Of a stretch of 64,000 bases of DNA, positions 49,581 to 58,841 are shown in pieces. Numbering within the stretch: the first letter of the stretch is position 1; each line of letters starts with the position of its first letter. Below the pieces are notes generated by a model, which saw only the letters and a program-made list of their open reading frames with translations, did not search any database and had not been told where the DNA came from. Origin of the DNA: a candidate division TM6 bacterium GW2011_GWF2_28_16 (GTDB taxonomy: Bacteria; Patescibacteriota; Microgenomatia; UBA1400; PJMF01). Both the position numbers and the translations under genes were made by a program. The DNA is taken from contig CP011212.1 in the NCBI GenBank assembly GCA_001029715.1, positions 195,407 through 259,406 on the forward strand, written 5' to 3'.

Positions 49581-50525
49581 ATGTCAAACAAAATCAAAGA
49601 CTACGCAGTCATGAACCCAAGCTTTAGTGTGGTTGAAGTAGAGGCTAGCGCTTCTCGTTCAACTATTGTTATTGAAGCTTTGGAAAGCGGTTATGGTCAC
49701 ACTTTGGGCAATGCTTTGCGCCGTGTGCTTCTAACTTCCTTACCAGGTGCAGCTATTACTAAATTAAGTATCGATGGGGTTGCTCATCAGTTTACTTCTT
49801 ATGAAGGTATGACCGAGGATGTAGTCGAGTTAATTTTAAACTTAAAACAAATTCGTATTAAGTCAGATAGTGATGAGTCTGGTATTTTGAAATTAAACGT
49901 TAAGGGCGCTAAGGAAGTCACAGCTGCTGATGTTGAATGTGAAGCAGGTTTTGAAATTGTTAATAAAGATTTGTATTTAGCTACTTTAGCTAAAGGCAAA
50001 GCTTTGAGTATTGAAATGATTGTTGAGTCAGGAGTTGGTTATAAATTAGCTTCAGAAACTGAGACTGAAGTAGTTGACCAAATTGCTGTTGATGCTCTTT
50101 TTTCTCCAGTCATTAAAGTTTCTTATAAGGTCGAAGCCACTCGTGTTGGTCGTCGTACTGATTTTGATAAAATTGTTTTTGATATTGAAACCAATGGAGC
50201 AATTTCTCCTTTGGACGCTGTCAAACAAGCTGCTGAAATTTTAATCAAACAATTTGATCAAATTCTTCACCCAGTCATCAAAGAAGTCGAAGAAGAACTA
50301 AGTAGTTTAAGTCAAGAAGAAATTGAAACCATGAAGTTGACCGTTGAGGAACTCGACTTGCCAACCAGAATTGCCAACGCTCTTCGTAAGGGTGGTTTCG
50401 AGACAGTTTCTGATTTAACCAAATCGCCAAAAGATGAAATTTCTAGAGTCAAGAATTTAGGTGGTAAGAGTATTGATTTAATCGAAGAAGCTCTTGGTAA
50501 AAAGGGAGTTGTCTTAACTGACTAA
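49581..50525 (+). CDS. rpoA: DNA-directed RNA polymerase subunit alpha
   Basis: GYGHTLGNALRRVLL motif and C-terminal alpha-CTD. The ATG at 49581 has an AGGA 7 nt upstream. Confidence 0.9.
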   Translation: MSNKIKDYAVMNPSFSVVEVEASASRSTIVIEALESGYGHTLGNALRRVLLTSLPGAAITKLSIDGVAHQFTSYEGMTEDVVELILNLKQIRIKSDSDESGILKLNVKGAKEVTAADVECEAGFEIVNKDLYLATLAKGKALSIEMIVESGVGYKLASETETEVVDQIAVDALFSPVIKVSYKVEATRVGRRTDFDKIVFDIETNGAISPLDAVKQAAEILIKQFDQILHPVIKEVEEELSSLSQEEIETMKLTVEELDLPTRIANALRKGGFETVSDLTKSPKDEISRVKNLGGKSIDLIEEALGKKGVVLTD

Positions 50526-50543
50526 GATTTTTGAAAGCTGATT

Positions 50544-51047
50544 ATGAAACATAGAGTAAAAACTAAACATTTCAACAGAGACACCAAGAGTCGTAAGGCT
50601 CTATTGAAGAATTTATTACGTGATCTCTTTGAACATGGTGAAATCAAGACTAGTGAAGCAAGAACTAAAGAGGTAAGAAGATTGGCTGATAAGCTAATCT
50701 CAGTAGCCCAAAAGAACACTTTGGCCGCTCGCAGAGAGTTACATAAGGTTTTTGGCAGAAGAGACGTAGTTAATGCTTTGGTGGATAAAATCGCTCCAAG
50801 TTTTGGCAATAAAAAATCTGGTTTTACTTCTTTAGAAAAAACTGCTCCTAGACGCGGTGACAATATGACTGTTTTTAAACTAAGTTTATTAACAGGTGAT
50901 CTTAAATTGACCACTTTAAAGAAAGAAAAAATTGCTGAGGAAAAGACTGAAGTTAAGGCAAAAGCCAAAGCTCCAGTAGCCAAAGCCAAGCCAGCTGTCA
51001 AAAAAGCTCCAGCTACTAAAGCTAAAAAATCAGAGGAGAAAAAATAA
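50544..51047 (+). CDS. rplQ: 50S ribosomal protein L17 with K/A-rich C-terminal extension
   Basis: L17 core plus a roughly 50-aa tail. Confidence 0.9.
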   Translation: MKHRVKTKHFNRDTKSRKALLKNLLRDLFEHGEIKTSEARTKEVRRLADKLISVAQKNTLAARRELHKVFGRRDVVNALVDKIAPSFGNKKSGFTSLEKTAPRRGDNMTVFKLSLLTGDLKLTTLKKEKIAEEKTEVKAKAKAPVAKAKPAVKKAPATKAKKSEEKK

Positions 51048-51481
51048 TGTTTCAAAAATTTAAAACTTATAGTCAAAAAAAAGAAGAGGTTAAGAGAGAG
51101 TGGTTGCAGTACGATGCTACTGGCAAAGTATTAGGCAGATTGGCTACTGAGATCGCAGAGAAACTAATCGGTAAAGATAAAGTTACTTTCACCCCAAATA
51201 TTGATGGTGGAGATTATGTTGTCTTAATTAATGCTGAAAAAATTGAAGTAACCAGAGATAAAGCTAATAAAAAAGTTTATTCATGGAACACTGGTTTCCC
51301 AGGTGGACTGAGACAGCGCACTTTTGCTGAAATGCTGGCCAAAAACCCAGAAAAATTGATCAAAAGAGCAGTCAAAAACATGATGCCAAAGAATAGATTG
51401 AGAGATGAAAGACTGAATAGATTGAAGGTTATCGTTGGTAGTGAGAATCCATACCAAGGAATGATAAAAAAGGCAAAATAA
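51047..51481 (+). CDS. rplM: 50S ribosomal protein L13
   Basis: W...DA.GK.LGRLAT.IA motif. Confidence 0.93.
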   Translation: MFQKFKTYSQKKEEVKREWLQYDATGKVLGRLATEIAEKLIGKDKVTFTPNIDGGDYVVLINAEKIEVTRDKANKKVYSWNTGFPGGLRQRTFAEMLAKNPEKLIKRAVKNMMPKNRLRDERLNRLKVIVGSENPYQGMIKKAK

Positions 51482-51482
51482 T

Positions 51483-51998
51483 ATGGCAATAAGAATGAAC
51501 AAGAAAAACGCTAAGGCTAAAAAAGTAATTAAAAAAATAATTGCTCCAAAAGTTGTTAGTAAGAAAAAAACAGTTGAAGCCGAAAAAAACTTCAAGATCC
51601 CAAAAAGTAAATATTTTGAAGCAATGGGGCGTCGCAAAGTTGCCAGTGCTAGAGTTCGTATTTATGAAGGTCAAGGTGATTTTGTAGTTAACAATCTATT
51701 GGTGTCTGAATATTTTAAAAATGTTAGAAATGCTCCAGCTATTTACATGAAGCCTTTTGAGTTAACCGGTACTAAGGGAAAATTCTCAGTTACTGTGAAA
51801 ATTTCTGGATCAGGACTAGATGCTCAATTAGATGCTTTGTTAAATGGTGTAGCTAAAGCTTTAGTTGCTTTCAATCCAGATTTCCGTACTTTCTTAAAGC
51901 CAGCTGGTTTATTAACCAGAGATGACAGAATGAAAGAAACTAGAAAAATGGGCATGGGTGGTAAAGCTAGAAGAAAGCGTCAATCTCCAAAACGTTAA
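51483..51998 (+). CDS. rpsI: 30S ribosomal protein S9 with N-terminal basic extension
   Basis: GRRK.A.ARV and a C-terminal ...RR.QSPKR. Confidence 0.93.
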   Translation: MAIRMNKKNAKAKKVIKKIIAPKVVSKKKTVEAEKNFKIPKSKYFEAMGRRKVASARVRIYEGQGDFVVNNLLVSEYFKNVRNAPAIYMKPFELTGTKGKFSVTVKISGSGLDAQLDALLNGVAKALVAFNPDFRTFLKPAGLLTRDDRMKETRKMGMGGKARRKRQSPKR

Positions 51999-52053
51999 AC
52001 TTATCTCGTCCTCCGTCTCCACTCCGGACATTCCCTCGCAAAGCTCGGTCAAA

Positions 52054-52080
52054 AAAACCCGCTCTTTTGAGCGGGTTTTT
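52054..52080 (+). terminator. rho-independent terminator after rpsI
   Basis: AACCCGCTC-TTTT-GAGCGGGTT hairpin followed by TTTTT. Confidence 0.8.
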
Positions 52081-52113
52081 AAATTCATTCCATTAAGAAT
52101 TGCGATATTTTTA

Positions 52114-52260
52114 GCACTTAAACTCATGTCCATTGAAGGAGCTGATCTATAAAACATAAATTAGCACTTACGTAATGGAACAGCGACTTCACTGAGTGAG
52201 ACAAAGATTGATGCTTAAAAAAGCAAACAATTTTAGTCGAACGTGACTGAGTTTAAGTGC
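52114..52260. repeat. 147-bp structured element (copy 2), homologous to 19295-19458 in reverse orientation
   Basis: Terminal stem GCACTTAAACTCA/TGAGTTTAAGTGC differs from copy 1. The core (GTCCATTGAAGGAGCTGAT, AACAGCGACTTCACTGAG, CAAACAATTTTAGT) is conserved. Confidence 0.7.
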
Positions 52261-52269
52261 AAAAATATA

Positions 52270-52545
52270 TTACCAAACTTCTTTTTTAAGAGGTTTGCCA
52301 ACACGGAAGTTAATGACCTTATGTCCTTTAACTAATTGTCTCTTAGCTTTATCGCCAAAAGGTTCGACGTGCTTATCATTGACTTTATTTACATAAAAAG
52401 TACCAAAGCCGGATAAAACGACTTTATCGCCTTTTTTCAAACTGCGAATGATTTCTTCAAACAATGACTCAACTGCTTCTGAGGAAGCTTTCTTGGTCAA
52501 ATGAGCTTTTTTGGCGACGACATTAATCAAATCTGATTTTGTCAT
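52270..52545 (-). CDS. hup: HU-family DNA-binding protein
   Basis: MTKSDLI..VA and GFGTF...R arm motifs. Confidence 0.9.
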   Translation of the reverse strand: MTKSDLINVVAKKAHLTKKASSEAVESLFEEIIRSLKKGDKVVLSGFGTFYVNKVNDKHVEPFGDKAKRQLVKGHKVINFRVGKPLKKEVW

Positions 52546-52632
52546 GATGGCCTTTCTATAATAATTGGTTCAAAAGAACCTGTTAAATACTATCCCAAGT
52601 GTACTATTTTGATTTAGTAAGTCAAGAAGTAA

Positions 52633-53022
52633 TTAGATCAATTTTAGTTGATATAACAATGCAGTTGTCACTCCAAGCATATCATAGCCCATATCTCTCA
52701 AAGTGGGGTATCTACCCGGAACGGTGCTTTGATGAAGCTCATCAGTTAAAGAATAAATTAGACTAATTAAAAGTGGAAATAAATAACTTTTGCGAGTGAT
52801 TTTTTTACCATTTGTTTTTTGGTAAGCTCTAAAAAGTAATAGATATAGAATAGCGTAAACAAACATGTGAGCGCTCTTTTTGAAAATGAAATCGTAAACT
52901 GATACTGAAAAACCAGGCAATACTTCTTGTGCTGATAAAACAAAAATAAAAGCAGCCCAAAGAGTTGGAACTGAATAAGCTAGAAAATAGGTTTTAATAG
53001 TGTTTACTTTTAACTTTGGCAT
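52633..53022 (-). CDS. VanZ-like membrane protein
   Basis: Four TM segments and the DELHQ..VPGR motif. Start may be 53040; either start overlaps the upstream LTD gene end. Confidence 0.6.
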   Translation of the reverse strand: MPKLKVNTIKTYFLAYSVPTLWAAFIFVLSAQEVLPGFSVSVYDFIFKKSAHMFVYAILYLLLFRAYQKTNGKKITRKSYLFPLLISLIYSLTDELHQSTVPGRYPTLRDMGYDMLGVTTALLYQLKLI

Positions 53023-53680
53023 AAATGAGAAATAGAGCACTAAGAATAATTAAGGAACTTCCAATTATAGCACCTAGGACCTCTGCTTGTCCTTGCTTTT
53101 TTCCAAAGAAAACCAAACGTCCTACTCGGTTTTCAAATATTTTATCTTGACTTTCTAACTTAATTTTACTGAGGTCGTAGTAATGGTATTTTTTACTTTT
53201 TTTTGGAGATGGAGCTGGATTTGTAGGGCTAGCAGTTGGAATTGTAGAGAGGGTTGGCGTTGGAGTTGCAGTTGGACTTATAGTCGGATTCGGTTCTTCA
53301 GTGGGAGCAAGTGTTATTAGCGGATTTACTAGGTTACAACTAGCTTCACTTAATGAAAAAATACTCGAATCAATTTCTCTTGCCCAGCTCAAGCCTTTTT
53401 CGGTTTCTAGGTAGCTAAAGGAATCGATGATATTTCCTGTAGCATTTTTAATAATAACACTGTCTTGGTCATTATTCAGTCCACTGACTTCTACAACTAA
53501 TAATTGATTAAGGAATTGCTCATCACCGCTAAATCTATAGATTTGGTGATAACTGTCAAAAATAGTGTAATCTTCTATACTAAAATCTTCAGCAATCTTT
53601 TCAGTGACAATCAGCTCTACCCATTCACTACCGGTTTCTGGATTTGGATAGACTTCATTGATTAGAATTTGTGGCTCCAC
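52994..53680 (-). CDS. lamin-tail-domain (LTD) surface protein with PT-rich linker and C-terminal TM anchor
   Basis: INEVYPNPETGSEWVELI LTD signature, a Pro/Thr-rich linker, and a hydrophobic C-terminus. Confidence 0.65.
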   Translation of the reverse strand: MEPQILINEVYPNPETGSEWVELIVTEKIAEDFSIEDYTIFDSYHQIYRFSGDEQFLNQLLVVEVSGLNNDQDSVIIKNATGNIIDSFSYLETEKGLSWAREIDSSIFSLSEASCNLVNPLITLAPTEEPNPTISPTATPTPTLSTIPTASPTNPAPSPKKSKKYHYYDLSKIKLESQDKIFENRVGRLVFFGKKQGQAEVLGAIIGSSLIILSALFLIYAKVKSKHY

Positions 53681-53789
53681 TTTTTTATTATTTCATCTCC
53701 AGTTTGCAATAAGTGTGACAATGTTGCACTTGTATTATTTATATTTCTTTGTTAAAAGTTAAACTAATACAAATTACAAAAAGTAACCT

Positions 53790-54170
53790 ATGAAAAAAAT
53801 TCTTCCACTATTGCTAGCATTACTTTTGGTTCCTGCCTTTTATTTTTACCAAAAATCCAATCAACTAGTTCAACAAGAAAAAGCCACAGAGGAAACCAGC
53901 CCGTCTCCATCAACAAATAAATACTCCCTTGCTGAAATAGAAAAACACAATACCAAAGATAATTGTTGGTTTGCCGTCAGTGGTAAAGTTTATGACGTCA
54001 CTCCATACGTAGCTAGTGGCATGCATCCTGGTAAGGAAGCTATATTAGAAGGTTGTGGTAAAGACGCCACTGTTCTATTTAATACCCGTCCAATGGGTTC
54101 TGGCACAGCACATTCTGATAGAGCTAGAGACTACTTAAACAACTTCCAAATTGGTGATTTACAGGAGTAA
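53790..54170 (+). CDS. cytochrome b5-like heme-binding domain protein, secreted or membrane-anchored
   Basis: Signal/TM segment, then HNTKDNCWFAVSGKVYDVTPY..HPG...GKDAT.LF b5 pattern. Confidence 0.65.
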   Translation: MKKILPLLLALLLVPAFYFYQKSNQLVQQEKATEETSPSPSTNKYSLAEIEKHNTKDNCWFAVSGKVYDVTPYVASGMHPGKEAILEGCGKDATVLFNTRPMGSGTAHSDRARDYLNNFQIGDLQE

Positions 54171-54201
54171 TTTTAGTCTTTACGCATCTTGAAATTAGAG
54201 C

Positions 54202-54225
54202 ATATATAGATTATGATCTATATAT
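54202..54225. promoter_or_regulatory. palindromic operator candidate ATATATAGA-N6-TCTATATAT abutting the ArsR start codon
   Basis: 9-bp perfect inverted repeat ending 1 nt before the ATG at 54227. Confidence 0.5.
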
Positions 54226-54226
54226 T

Positions 54227-54508
54227 ATGCAAGCTACTTTCTGTAATCATTGTTTCTCTAATTTAGCTGTTGATTCACGGATGAAAATTTTTATCTTTCT
54301 TAAAGATAATGGTCCTAAAACTGTTTCCGAAATTGTCAAACAAACTTCGCTTAGTCAGCCAACTATTTCTTATCATCTTAAAAGCATGAGTGAGGCTGGT
54401 CTTCTTTCAAAGCAGAGAGAGGGCAAGGAAATTTATTATAAGGTCAATAAAGATTGTCCAAATAATAAGAAAATTTGTATGCTTAAACAAATGGATTTCA
54501 GTAATTAA
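54227..54508 (+). CDS. ArsR/SmtB-family transcriptional regulator upstream of suf operon
   Basis: HTH LSQPTISYHLKSMSEAGLL. Cys residues at both ends. Confidence 0.7.
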   Translation: MQATFCNHCFSNLAVDSRMKIFIFLKDNGPKTVSEIVKQTSLSQPTISYHLKSMSEAGLLSKQREGKEIYYKVNKDCPNNKKICMLKQMDFSN

Positions 54509-54525
54509 TTTTTTAAAGGAGTCCC

Positions 54526-55257
54526 GTGTTCAAAATAAAAAATCTTCAAATTTCATTAAATAAAAAAAATATCTTAGATAAAATTGATTTATCAATCAAA
54601 GATGGTGACACACATATTTTAATGGGCCAAAATGGCGCCGGAAAAAGTACTCTTGCTCAAAGCATCATGGGCAATCCAAATTATTTGGTAAAAGGTGAAA
54701 TTTCCTTTAACTCTCATGATTTACTCAAATTAGATCCACAGCAAAGAGCTGCTCTTGGAATATTTTTATCTTTTCAACAAATTCTGGAAATTCCTGGAGT
54801 GAAAATTTATGATTATTTGAAATTGCTCTATAAAACTAGCCACGAAAAGAAGTTTACCCCATTGAAATTTAAAGAGTTCTTAAAAGAAAGAATGGCGATT
54901 CTGAACTTTAATGAAGAGTTTTTGACAAGATCATTGAATTATGGCTTTTCTGGCGGTGAAAAAAAGAAAATGGAAGTTTTGCAAATGTTAGTTTTAGAAC
55001 CAAAACTAATTATTTTGGACGAAATTGATAGTGGTTTAGACATTGATGCCATTCAAGCGGTAGCCAAAGCAGTGAACTTTTTGAAAAAAGAAAAACAGAG
55101 CTCAGTACTACTGATTACACATTATTCTAGAATTTTATCTTTTCTGAATATTGATGTAGTGCACTTATTAAGTAAGGGAAAAATTATTAAAACTGGTTCC
55201 AATGATTTAGTTACAGAAATTGAAGAAAAAGGCTTTGCTAATTTTCTTAAAGCATAA
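54526..55257 (+). CDS. sufC: Fe-S cluster assembly ATPase SufC
   Basis: Walker A GQNGAGKST and the ABC signature. Confidence 0.9.
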   Translation: MFKIKNLQISLNKKNILDKIDLSIKDGDTHILMGQNGAGKSTLAQSIMGNPNYLVKGEISFNSHDLLKLDPQQRAALGIFLSFQQILEIPGVKIYDYLKLLYKTSHEKKFTPLKFKEFLKERMAILNFNEEFLTRSLNYGFSGGEKKKMEVLQMLVLEPKLIILDEIDSGLDIDAIQAVAKAVNFLKKEKQSSVLLITHYSRILSFLNIDVVHLLSKGKIIKTGSNDLVTEIEEKGFANFLKA

Positions 55258-55266
55258 AGATATTGC

Positions 55267-56676
55267 ATGAAACGAACCAATCTCAAAAAACTCAATGATG
55301 CTTATGCCGATAAATTTGGATTTTCTATGCCAGAGAAATCGGTTTTGAGTTTTGACTTTGGTCTTTCGCAAAAAATTATCAGTGATATTTCTACCAGCAA
55401 AAATGAGCCCCCATGGATGAGGGAATTTCGTCAAAAATCTCTGCAAGTTTTTAGAAAAATGAAGTTGCCAAGTTGGGGCCCAAGTTTAGCAGAAATTGAC
55501 TTTGAACAAATCCGTTATTTTATTAAAGACACTGATGTGGAAAAGAAAACTTGGGCGGAAGTGCCTAAAGAAATCAAAGACACATTTGATCGTTTAGGAG
55601 TTCCGCAAGCAGAAAGAGAGTTTTTAGCTGGAGTGAAAGCTCAATATAATAGCGAAGTAGCTTATTCTTCCTTGCAAGCAGAACTAGATGAACAAGGAGT
55701 AATTTTTTGTTCAATGGAAGAGGCTCTGCAAAAACACAGCGATCTTTTTAAAGAATATTTTGGCAAACTGGTTCCTGCCGCTGATAACAAATTTGCTGCT
55801 CTTAATAGCGCAGCTTGGTCAGGTGGTTCTTTTGTTTATATTCCCCCAAACACACACGTCAAGAGGCCTCTACAGAGCTATTTTCGTATTAACGCTGCTC
55901 GCATGGGTCAGTTTGAGAGAACTCTGATTATTGCTGATGAAGGTTCTAGTGCTAATTATGTAGAAGGTTGCACTGCACCGGTTTACAGTGAATATTCGCT
56001 TCACGCTGCAGTAGTAGAAGTTTTTGTGAAAAAGAACGCTCGCTTTCGTTATACTACCATCCAAAATTGGTCAGGAAATATTTATAACTTAGTAACTAAG
56101 CGTGCTAAGGTTTTTAAAGATGGTGTCATGGAATGGATCGATGGCAATTTAGGAGCCAAAACCACCATGAAATATCCTAGCTGTTATTTAGCAGAAGAAG
56201 GTGCTTATGGAGAAATGCTCTCTATCGCTTATGCTAAAAATAATCAGATTCAAGACACTGGTGCAAAAATGTTACATTTGGCCAAAAATACTTCATCTAA
56301 GATCATTGCTAAATCAGTCAGTCTTGGTGGAGGGCAAAGCAATTACAGAGGTTTAGTTTATATTTCTAAAGCAGCGGTTGATAGTAAAAGCAAAGTGGAA
56401 TGTGACGCATTAATTTTAGACAAAGATTCTGCGACTTGCACTTACCCAGATATGAAAGTTTCTGGTGAGAATGCAACCATGGAGCATGAGGCGAGTGTGA
56501 GTGAGATAGAAGAAGAAAAACTTTTTTATTTAATGAGTCGTGGTTTAACTAAAACTGAGGCTATGACTTTGTTGGTCGCAGGTTTCATTGAACCAATTGT
56601 TAAAGAATTACCGCTTGAATATGCTGTTGAACTCAATCGTTTAATTGAGTTAGAAATGGAAGGGAGCGTAGGTTAA
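55267..56676 (+). CDS. sufB: Fe-S cluster assembly protein SufB
   Basis: Full-length SufB C-terminal beta-helix motifs. Confidence 0.9.
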   Translation: MKRTNLKKLNDAYADKFGFSMPEKSVLSFDFGLSQKIISDISTSKNEPPWMREFRQKSLQVFRKMKLPSWGPSLAEIDFEQIRYFIKDTDVEKKTWAEVPKEIKDTFDRLGVPQAEREFLAGVKAQYNSEVAYSSLQAELDEQGVIFCSMEEALQKHSDLFKEYFGKLVPAADNKFAALNSAAWSGGSFVYIPPNTHVKRPLQSYFRINAARMGQFERTLIIADEGSSANYVEGCTAPVYSEYSLHAAVVEVFVKKNARFRYTTIQNWSGNIYNLVTKRAKVFKDGVMEWIDGNLGAKTTMKYPSCYLAEEGAYGEMLSIAYAKNNQIQDTGAKMLHLAKNTSSKIIAKSVSLGGGQSNYRGLVYISKAAVDSKSKVECDALILDKDSATCTYPDMKVSGENATMEHEASVSEIEEEKLFYLMSRGLTKTEAMTLLVAGFIEPIVKELPLEYAVELNRLIELEMEGSVG

Positions 56677-57263
56677 TGCAAATGGTTCTATTAGAAAAGC
56701 AAACTGAATTCACCCTAGAACCAAAGGTAGATACTTTTTATTTGGTTTTGTTGGATAAAAATGTAGAGCAAGGCAATATTAAAGTTGATGTATCTTTTAA
56801 GAAAGCAGGTGTTTCATGCCAATTACTTTTTCTTGGTCGTTTGAAAAATAATAGTAGTTGGCAATTAGAAAGTAATACGAGGCATTTTGTGACTGGAACG
56901 AGTTGTTTGACCAATGTCTATTTAAGTCAAAGTGAAGAATCTAGAGTTGATTATTTTGGGCAAATTTATATTGATCGTTTAGCTTCTCAAACAAAATCAT
57001 TTTTAAAAGAACAAAGTTTGATATTGGGTAAAGCCACTTACAATCGCTCTCGCCCAATTTTAGAGATTTTTAATAATAAAGTTAAAGCCTCTCACAGTGC
57101 TAGTAGCAGTAGATTGAGTGAAGCCGATCTTTTTTATTTAATGAGCCGCGGTTTTAAAAAAGTAGAAGCGCAAAAGATTTTAGAAGAAGCTTTTTTTAAC
57201 AAGGTTTTAGATTCGATTAAAGTAGAATTGGCACGTAAACTAATTAAGGATTATTTATGTTAG
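56676..57263 (+). CDS. sufD: SufD-like protein (short)
   Basis: C-terminal SufBD domain (ADLFYLMSRGF). Only 195 aa. Confidence 0.6.
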   Translation: MQMVLLEKQTEFTLEPKVDTFYLVLLDKNVEQGNIKVDVSFKKAGVSCQLLFLGRLKNNSSWQLESNTRHFVTGTSCLTNVYLSQSEESRVDYFGQIYIDRLASQTKSFLKEQSLILGKATYNRSRPILEIFNNKVKASHSASSSRLSEADLFYLMSRGFKKVEAQKILEEAFFNKVLDSIKVELARKLIKDYLC

Positions 57264-58471
57264 ATATTGAAAAAATAAAAAAAGATTTTCCAATTTTTGC
57301 TAATCATAAAAAATTAATTTATTTGGATAGTGCTGCTACTAGTCAAAAACCACAAATAGTAATCGACAGAATTGCTAAATTTTATAGTAGCGAGAATGCT
57401 AATGTGCATCGGGGTGTTCATCCTCTGAGTGAGCAAGCAAGCGAAGCTTACGATTTAGCGAGAAAAAAAGTGGCTAATTTCATTGGCGCTAAAAGTAATA
57501 GAGAAATAATTTTTACCAAAGGTACAACTGAATCACTAAACTTAGTGGCACAAAGTTTTGCTTTGGAAAATTTAAAAAATGGTGATGAAATTTTAGTTAC
57601 TGACTTTGAACATCACAGTAATCTTTTACCTTGGCAAATGGTTTGCCAAAAGACTGGCGCAATTTTAAAAATTTTAAATAGCGATGAAGCTGGTTTTATT
57701 GGTCCACAGGAATTAAAAAACAAGTTGAATAAAAAAACTAAAATAGTCGCTGTCGCTCACGCCTCAAATGTTTTGGGAATAATCAGCGATATTAAAAAAA
57801 TTGCTAAGATAGTTCACAATGTTGGGGCAGTTTTAGTGGTTGATGGTGCACAAGCCATTCCGCATTTGCAAGTTAATGTGCAAGACTTAGATTGTGATTT
57901 TTACGCTTTCAGTGGACATAAAATGTTAGCCCCAATGGGCATTGGTGTTTTATATGTTAGAGAAGAAATTCTAGCCGAGATGTTTCCTTACCAATTAGGT
58001 GGCGGAATGATTGAGGAAGTTACTTTTGAAAAAGTAACTTTTGCTGATTATCCAGAAAAATTTGAAGCTGGCACACCTAATGTAGCCGGAGCAATTGCAC
58101 TAGCAAGTGCAGTGGATTATTTATCAGCAATTGGTTTGGAAGAAATTAGAAAACATGAAATTGAATTAAGTAAATATTTGTTAGATGGTCTAAGTAAAAT
58201 AAAAGAGGTCAAACTTTTAGGCAATGCTTCTGCCAAAGAACGTACTGGTTTAGTTTCTTTTTATGTTGAAGATATTCATGCTCATGATTTGAGTGACTTT
58301 TTAGCTAAGCAGGGTTTAGCTTTGCGTGCTGGTTTTCACTGCAGCATGCCACTTCATCAAAGCCGTCACTGTGGTGCTACACTACGAGCTTCTTATTATT
58401 TGTATAATAACGAACAAGACTTAAAATCTTTATTTAATAATTTAAAAAAGGCAATTGCTTACTATGGATGA
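57257..58471 (+). CDS. sufS: cysteine desulfurase SufS
   Basis: PLP Lys in SGHK and catalytic Cys in HCSMP. Confidence 0.9.
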   Translation: MLDIEKIKKDFPIFANHKKLIYLDSAATSQKPQIVIDRIAKFYSSENANVHRGVHPLSEQASEAYDLARKKVANFIGAKSNREIIFTKGTTESLNLVAQSFALENLKNGDEILVTDFEHHSNLLPWQMVCQKTGAILKILNSDEAGFIGPQELKNKLNKKTKIVAVAHASNVLGIISDIKKIAKIVHNVGAVLVVDGAQAIPHLQVNVQDLDCDFYAFSGHKMLAPMGIGVLYVREEILAEMFPYQLGGGMIEEVTFEKVTFADYPEKFEAGTPNVAGAIALASAVDYLSAIGLEEIRKHEIELSKYLLDGLSKIKEVKLLGNASAKERTGLVSFYVEDIHAHDLSDFLAKQGLALRAGFHCSMPLHQSRHCGATLRASYYLYNNEQDLKSLFNNLKKAIAYYG

Positions 58472-58841
58472 TCTTTATCGCAGTGAACTAATGGAGATTT
58501 ATAAGGATCCAAGTCATCATGGCAACCTTAATAATCCTTCTGTGGTTTTAGAAAAACAAAATGCTTTTTGTGGCGACAAGCTTCATCTGTCTATAAAGAT
58601 TAAAAATAATATTATTGAAGATGCTAAATTTGAGGGCAGTCTTTGCTTCGTGAGTATTATTGGAGCTGAGTTTTTAATAGAAGAAATTATTGGTAAAACT
58701 ATTGAGGAAGCAAAAAAAATTGACCAAAAAAAATTGCTAGAATTAATTAATTTGAATTTAAGTACTAGTCGCGTGGCTTGCGCCACGCTAACCCTCAAAG
58801 CTCTACAAGAGGCTTTGAAAAAATATGACAAAAAAGATTGA
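58455..58841 (+). CDS. sufU: SufU/IscU-type Fe-S scaffold or sulfur acceptor
   Basis: Three conserved Cys (FCGD, LCFVS, ACAT). Confidence 0.8.
   Translation: MLTMDDLYRSELMEIYKDPSHHGNLNNPSVVLEKQNAFCGDKLHLSIKIKNNIIEDAKFEGSLCFVSIIGAEFLIEEIIGKTIEEAKKIDQKKLLELINLNLSTSRVACATLTLKALQEALKKYDKKD

Noticed and set aside
50522-51076. 184-aa minus-strand ORF overlapping rplQ
   Set aside because: It is antisense to a confidently identified L17 gene. Its low-complexity A/L/K composition mirrors the K/A-rich L17 tail, so it is a spurious shadow ORF.
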